Source: a virus
Lineage: Duplodnaviria > Caudoviricetes
Length of the DNA: 37,579 bases
Virus record (IMG/VR): IMGVR_UViG_3300047505_000026
Span: 1 to 37,579 of that record
Reading direction: 5' to 3' (one strand)
The notes beneath the pieces were generated by a model, which saw only the letters and a list, made by a program, of their open reading frames with translations, had not been told where the DNA came from and searched no databases. Position 1 is the first letter of the stretch. Each line of letters opens with the position of its first letter. The position numbers were made by a program, and so were the translations under genes. This document shows, piece after piece, positions 34,294-37,579 of the stretch.

Positions 34294-34548
34294 TTATAGA
34301 ATCAAGCCGGCCTGATCGAAGTTAGACGAGGTTTTATCTCCCACGTTCACATAGAGCAGCGTTGCATCCGTTGCTGCGTCTGTGTGATGGAACAAACATC
34401 CCTTCCCATATCCTGTCGCGCCATCGCCCGGTACGGTAACACCCCATGCAAGCATGAAGCCTATCGTATCAACGTATAGTGCGCGTCCGGCTATGGGAAA
34501 ATCTGCCTGTGCCGACATTAGTTCTTCTGGCAGGTTATGAATAGCCAT
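34294..34548 (-). CDS. Small capsid-associated protein (84 aa)
   Basis: AWG.TVP..G.TGY.KGCLF.H.DAAT.ATLLY.N.G, paralog of the downstream gene. Confidence 0.75.
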   Translation of the reverse strand: MAIHNLPEELMSAQADFPIAGRALYVDTIGFMLAWGVTVPGDGATGYGKGCLFHHTDAATDATLLYVNVGDKTSSNFDQAGLIL

Positions 34549-34582
34549 ATCAGAATCCCTTTCTTTGTTAAAGTTAATTGGA

Positions 34583-34613
34583 GACCGAGCGAAGCACGGC
34601 GCCCCGCCCGGTC
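34583..34613 (-). other. Intergenic GC-rich hairpin (mRNA stabiliser or partial terminator)
   Basis: gaccgggcggggc / gcttcgctcggtc with G-U pairs on the - strand. Confidence 0.5.
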
Positions 34614-34637
34614 AACCAAACCCAATCGTTATGGAAC

Positions 34638-35741
34638 TTACGCTTCGGTAGCAGTTCCTTCTATAATTCTCCACAATCCGGACGTGCCGCCGCCGAGATT
34701 GCCGTGCCATTCAAGCACTGCCTGGTCAGTTACCGCATCTATTTCGATAGTGGCAAGTGCTGTTCCCACGGTTTTCAGGCCGCTTGTAACTGTAAGCAGC
34801 CAGTCCTGGGTAGTAAGAGCGCCAAGTCCGGCAAACGCTTTCTTCTGGCCTTCGACAAGACCATCGGCAAGTGTAGAGGTCGAATCAGTTGCCAGTGTCA
34901 AACCGCCGCACAGGAATGTGGTTCCACCAACCATGTTCTGGATGGCAGCCGCATTCTTTGGCGTAAGAACTTCCTGCAAACCACTTTCCACACCATCTTC
35001 GAGAAGGCAAAGAACAGTCGGATATGTGTTCTTGATAACATAGAAAGTTACGGCAGTAGTGCCGATATTTGTTCCTATGGTTATCGTATCCGCCGTCGGT
35101 GCGGTAAGGACAGGATATTCGCCCTGTGTCGTTATGGCAGTTACACCATCAGCAGCAGTTGCGCCGCCAAGAACCACAACCCTGAAATCAGTCGGGTCGA
35201 TAGTAGCATCGCCGTAACCGCAGGCAGTACCAACACCTGTCTTGGTAAGAGTGGCAGTTGCGAAGGTAGCAGAGCCATCAAGAGACGAGAATGTAATATC
35301 CCCGCCCGTTGCGGCTGCCTTAGTCTGCAAGGCCAGTGCAGTACCTCTGCCGGAAAGTCCCTGCAATGTGAACCTTCCTGCATCGGCACTGTTGACGGAA
35401 CATGTAAGCCTTGTACTGTTGATAGTTGTTGCCAGACCGACCGCTACCTCACAGATACTTCCAGGCGTATAGATTTCTATTGCCTGACCGCCCACAACAG
35501 CCGTATAAGCCTGTGTGGTAACACCGGCAAACGCGAGGTTATTGGATGTACTTGGTACAGCCACAACATTGCCTCTTCGACCCCAGTTATCCGTTACCGC
35601 CTCACCTGAATTGGCGGTGTAGTAACCGAGGTTATAACAGACACCCATACCTTTCTTGAGTGCCGTTGACCCGGAGAACCAGACCTTTTCTTTATAAACA
35701 GGAGCCTGATTTCCGAATCTTGCTATTGCTCTATAAGACAT
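34638..35741 (-). CDS. Capsid decoration/cement-like protein (367 aa)
   Basis: Directly after the capsid gene; Thr/Ala/Gly-rich; ALKKG..VC...FAGV...IEI..PG pattern. Confidence 0.6.
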   Translation of the reverse strand: MSYRAIARFGNQAPVYKEKVWFSGSTALKKGMGVCYNLGYYTANSGEAVTDNWGRRGNVVAVPSTSNNLAFAGVTTQAYTAVVGGQAIEIYTPGSICEVAVGLATTINSTRLTCSVNSADAGRFTLQGLSGRGTALALQTKAAATGGDITFSSLDGSATFATATLTKTGVGTACGYGDATIDPTDFRVVVLGGATAADGVTAITTQGEYPVLTAPTADTITIGTNIGTTAVTFYVIKNTYPTVLCLLEDGVESGLQEVLTPKNAAAIQNMVGGTTFLCGGLTLATDSTSTLADGLVEGQKKAFAGLGALTTQDWLLTVTSGLKTVGTALATIEIDAVTDQAVLEWHGNLGGGTSGLWRIIEGTATEA

Positions 35742-35791
35742 AATATTATCCTTTATAAATAGTTTCTTTACTGTTTCAAACGCTCAAACGT

Positions 35792-36823
35792 TTACTTTGA
35801 GAATACGGCGTTTGCACGTCTGTTGACGCATACGAAGTTAATCGACAGGTCAACATCGACAGCAAAGGTATTGTGTTTGAGAGGCACCAGTGAATGCGCG
35901 TCTGACTCACGCAGGTAATCGCCTTTCAGCACAATCGGTTTAATGGTTTCAACATCGGTCATATAGACCGGGTTCGTGACATCATCATCGAGATATTCGA
36001 TGTAGATAAGCGGATGCCTTTTGAATGCAATCTGGTCATCCATGGAAGCGACATCACGGCCAAGGTTCTCGTTCTGAGCTTCGCCGACATCCTCGAATGA
36101 GGAGATTGTAGCCTCATTCAAAAATATCTGGCGTCTGGCTCCGAACTCGGACTCCATTTCGGAAGTCTTGTAAGGACTTCTCCAGTTAGTAGCCCTGTGA
36201 GCGGTTCTCATCTTCTTGATAAGGTCGCTCTTACTGACCGAGGTGTACTGGGCAGTATAATTCTTGAACGTCGGGTAAGTAGTGATATTCACACCGCCCA
36301 CCGTCGAAAAGCCGCTCGGCAATCCGCCGTTAAATCCGGTCGAAGCGTTCTTGACTATCCAATACTTCAAACCCCACGGCTTTTTGGTATCGGAGGCGTC
36401 CGGGGCACCGAAGAATCCGGCCTCAAGCGACTTTGCAATACGAAGCATCATCGCTACACGCTGCGGTTTGATAACATCGTTGACACGCTCTGCGCCCCTG
36501 TTCTCAAGAAGCATTCTGCGTTCCCACATCATGTTATCGTTCAGGCGGCACCATACAACGGTCAACTGGGTGAGAATATCTTCCCAGTTATAGACATCGG
36601 TATCGTTGAGTCCTACCCACCGGGATTCTCCGCCTATGTTCGTCATGAGTGTTTCTTTAATGCCGATACCGCTCGCCTGCATCCGCACGTTACCTTCGCG
36701 AAGCAGACGGGGCATGACGTAGTATTCGGCCATTTCCTGTGCGATTTGATAAAATCTTCCCCTGCCCAAATCGTGAAGGGTAGTAGTAAGCATATCAGCA
36801 ATCGCTGCATCTGTAAGTGGCAT
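35792..36823 (-). CDS. Major capsid protein (343 aa)
   Basis: Size, position after the scaffold-like gene, strong SD, C-terminal N..C.NRRANAV pattern. Confidence 0.8.
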   Translation of the reverse strand: MPLTDAAIADMLTTTLHDLGRGRFYQIAQEMAEYYVMPRLLREGNVRMQASGIGIKETLMTNIGGESRWVGLNDTDVYNWEDILTQLTVVWCRLNDNMMWERRMLLENRGAERVNDVIKPQRVAMMLRIAKSLEAGFFGAPDASDTKKPWGLKYWIVKNASTGFNGGLPSGFSTVGGVNITTYPTFKNYTAQYTSVSKSDLIKKMRTAHRATNWRSPYKTSEMESEFGARRQIFLNEATISSFEDVGEAQNENLGRDVASMDDQIAFKRHPLIYIEYLDDDVTNPVYMTDVETIKPIVLKGDYLRESDAHSLVPLKHNTFAVDVDLSINFVCVNRRANAVFSK

Positions 36824-36850
36824 AATTTACAATCCTTTCTTTATAGCCGC

Positions 36851-37579
36851 TTAATACTCCGATGTATCTATAAGGTCATCAAACTGTTTACTTGTTTCGA
36901 TAGCCTTCTGCATCGGATTTAATCCGGCGGCTTGCCTGGTTGCCGGTCTTCCAGCCCGGGTGCCTTTTGCATAAGCATCTGCCTTTCTGGATGACCGCAG
37001 ACCTTCAATAGTCTTTAATTTCTCGCCGTGCAGACTGTTTAGAGCAACATTGAAAAGACCCTGTTCGTCCGGGAGCGGCAATCCGGCCTCAGTAAGTCCC
37101 TTGGCATAAGCGTACATGTGCATCCTGACCGCATCGCGGTTCTTGAACGCCATTGAACGCCTGCTTAGGTCTTTCGTGGAGCCTTTGCCGAATACCTCGG
37201 CGAACTCAATACCCAGCTTGTCAATCATATCATCGAATCTTTTGACAAACTGAGTCTGTCTTTCCTGCGTTACGTTAGACTGCATAGCATCAACTTTTTC
37301 ACTCAGCGTTTTGATTTGTGCCTCATAATGCTTTTGCATTGCCTTGATACCCTTGAGAAGTCCGGGGTCAATCTCGTCCTCGTTCTCAAATTTCAAGTCA
37401 CTATCAGGCACAGACTCATCTTTTGCCTTTTTGTCAGGCGGCGCCTGCTGCTGAGAGCCGGCGGGCGCTTCTTCGGTATCGGCAAGAACGGATTTGATGA
37501 TATTCAGAGTTTTGGTAAGTTCGTCATCACTCTTGAACTCAGCAACCTCTTCGGGCGTCAAGCCTAAGTCAACGGCCTC
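36851..37579 (-). CDS. Capsid scaffolding-like protein, 5'-truncated
   Basis: Frame is open to the window edge (EAVDLGLTPEE...); acidic coiled coil; directly upstream of the capsid gene. Confidence 0.65.
   Translation of the reverse strand, partial: EAVDLGLTPEEVAEFKSDDELTKTLNIIKSVLADTEEAPAGSQQQAPPDKKAKDESVPDSDLKFENEDEIDPGLLKGIKAMQKHYEAQIKTLSEKVDAMQSNVTQERQTQFVKRFDDMIDKLGIEFAEVFGKGSTKDLSRRSMAFKNRDAVRMHMYAYAKGLTEAGLPLPDEQGLFNVALNSLHGEKLKTIEGLRSSRKADAYAKGTRAGRPATRQAAGLNPMQKAIETSKQFDDLIDTSEY

Noticed and set aside
34578-35609. 343-aa + strand ORF and other long antisense ORFs (e.g. 36197-36922, 4288-4776, 24681-25193)
   Set aside because: They fully overlap well-supported minus-strand genes and have no recognisable motifs.
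1-37579. tRNA, rRNA, CRISPR array, reverse transcriptase / diversity-generating retroelement; host assignment
   Set aside because: None recognised by eye. The host cannot be assigned beyond a bacterium using SD sites and sigma70-type promoters.

Overview
This window is most of a tailed dsDNA bacteriophage or prophage genome with short-tailed (podovirus-like) architecture. Portal and terminase are not in the window, and the scaffold-like gene runs off the right end. Layout: (1) 1-3727, + strand: small accessory ORFs, including unannotated micro-proteins, a signal-anchored lysozyme-like protein, a serine recombinase, and a DNA methyltransferase that lies inside a 741-bp transposase-less cassette with 24-bp terminal inverted repeats and an 8-bp target duplication. 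(2) 3827-11387, - strand: replication/recombination operon (GT9-like glycosyltransferase, YqaJ nuclease, SMC-like ATPase, putative annealing protein, DnaB, RuvC-like resolvase). (3) 11384-12800: a divergent promoter pair, each followed by a probably leaderless leader ORF that runs through a terminator whose loop is complementary to the transcript 5' end, then a ~320-nt hairpin-rich non-coding stretch. (4) 12802-37579, - strand: morphogenesis operon (scaffold, major capsid, decoration proteins, adaptor, nozzle, ejection proteins, and a 1728-aa polyvalent protein with ADP-ribosyltransferase-like and LPD38-like domains). The most striking feature is that three predicted virion proteins carry four long (Ser4-His)n tracts, about 930 codons in total, and a block of three glycosyltransferases plus two SAM methyltransferases sits inside the structural operon just upstream of the largest one. 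This suggests a phage-encoded system that O-glycosylates and methylates mucin-like virion appendages, analogous to serine-rich-repeat adhesin loci. All product calls come from motifs recognised by eye; no database searches were run.
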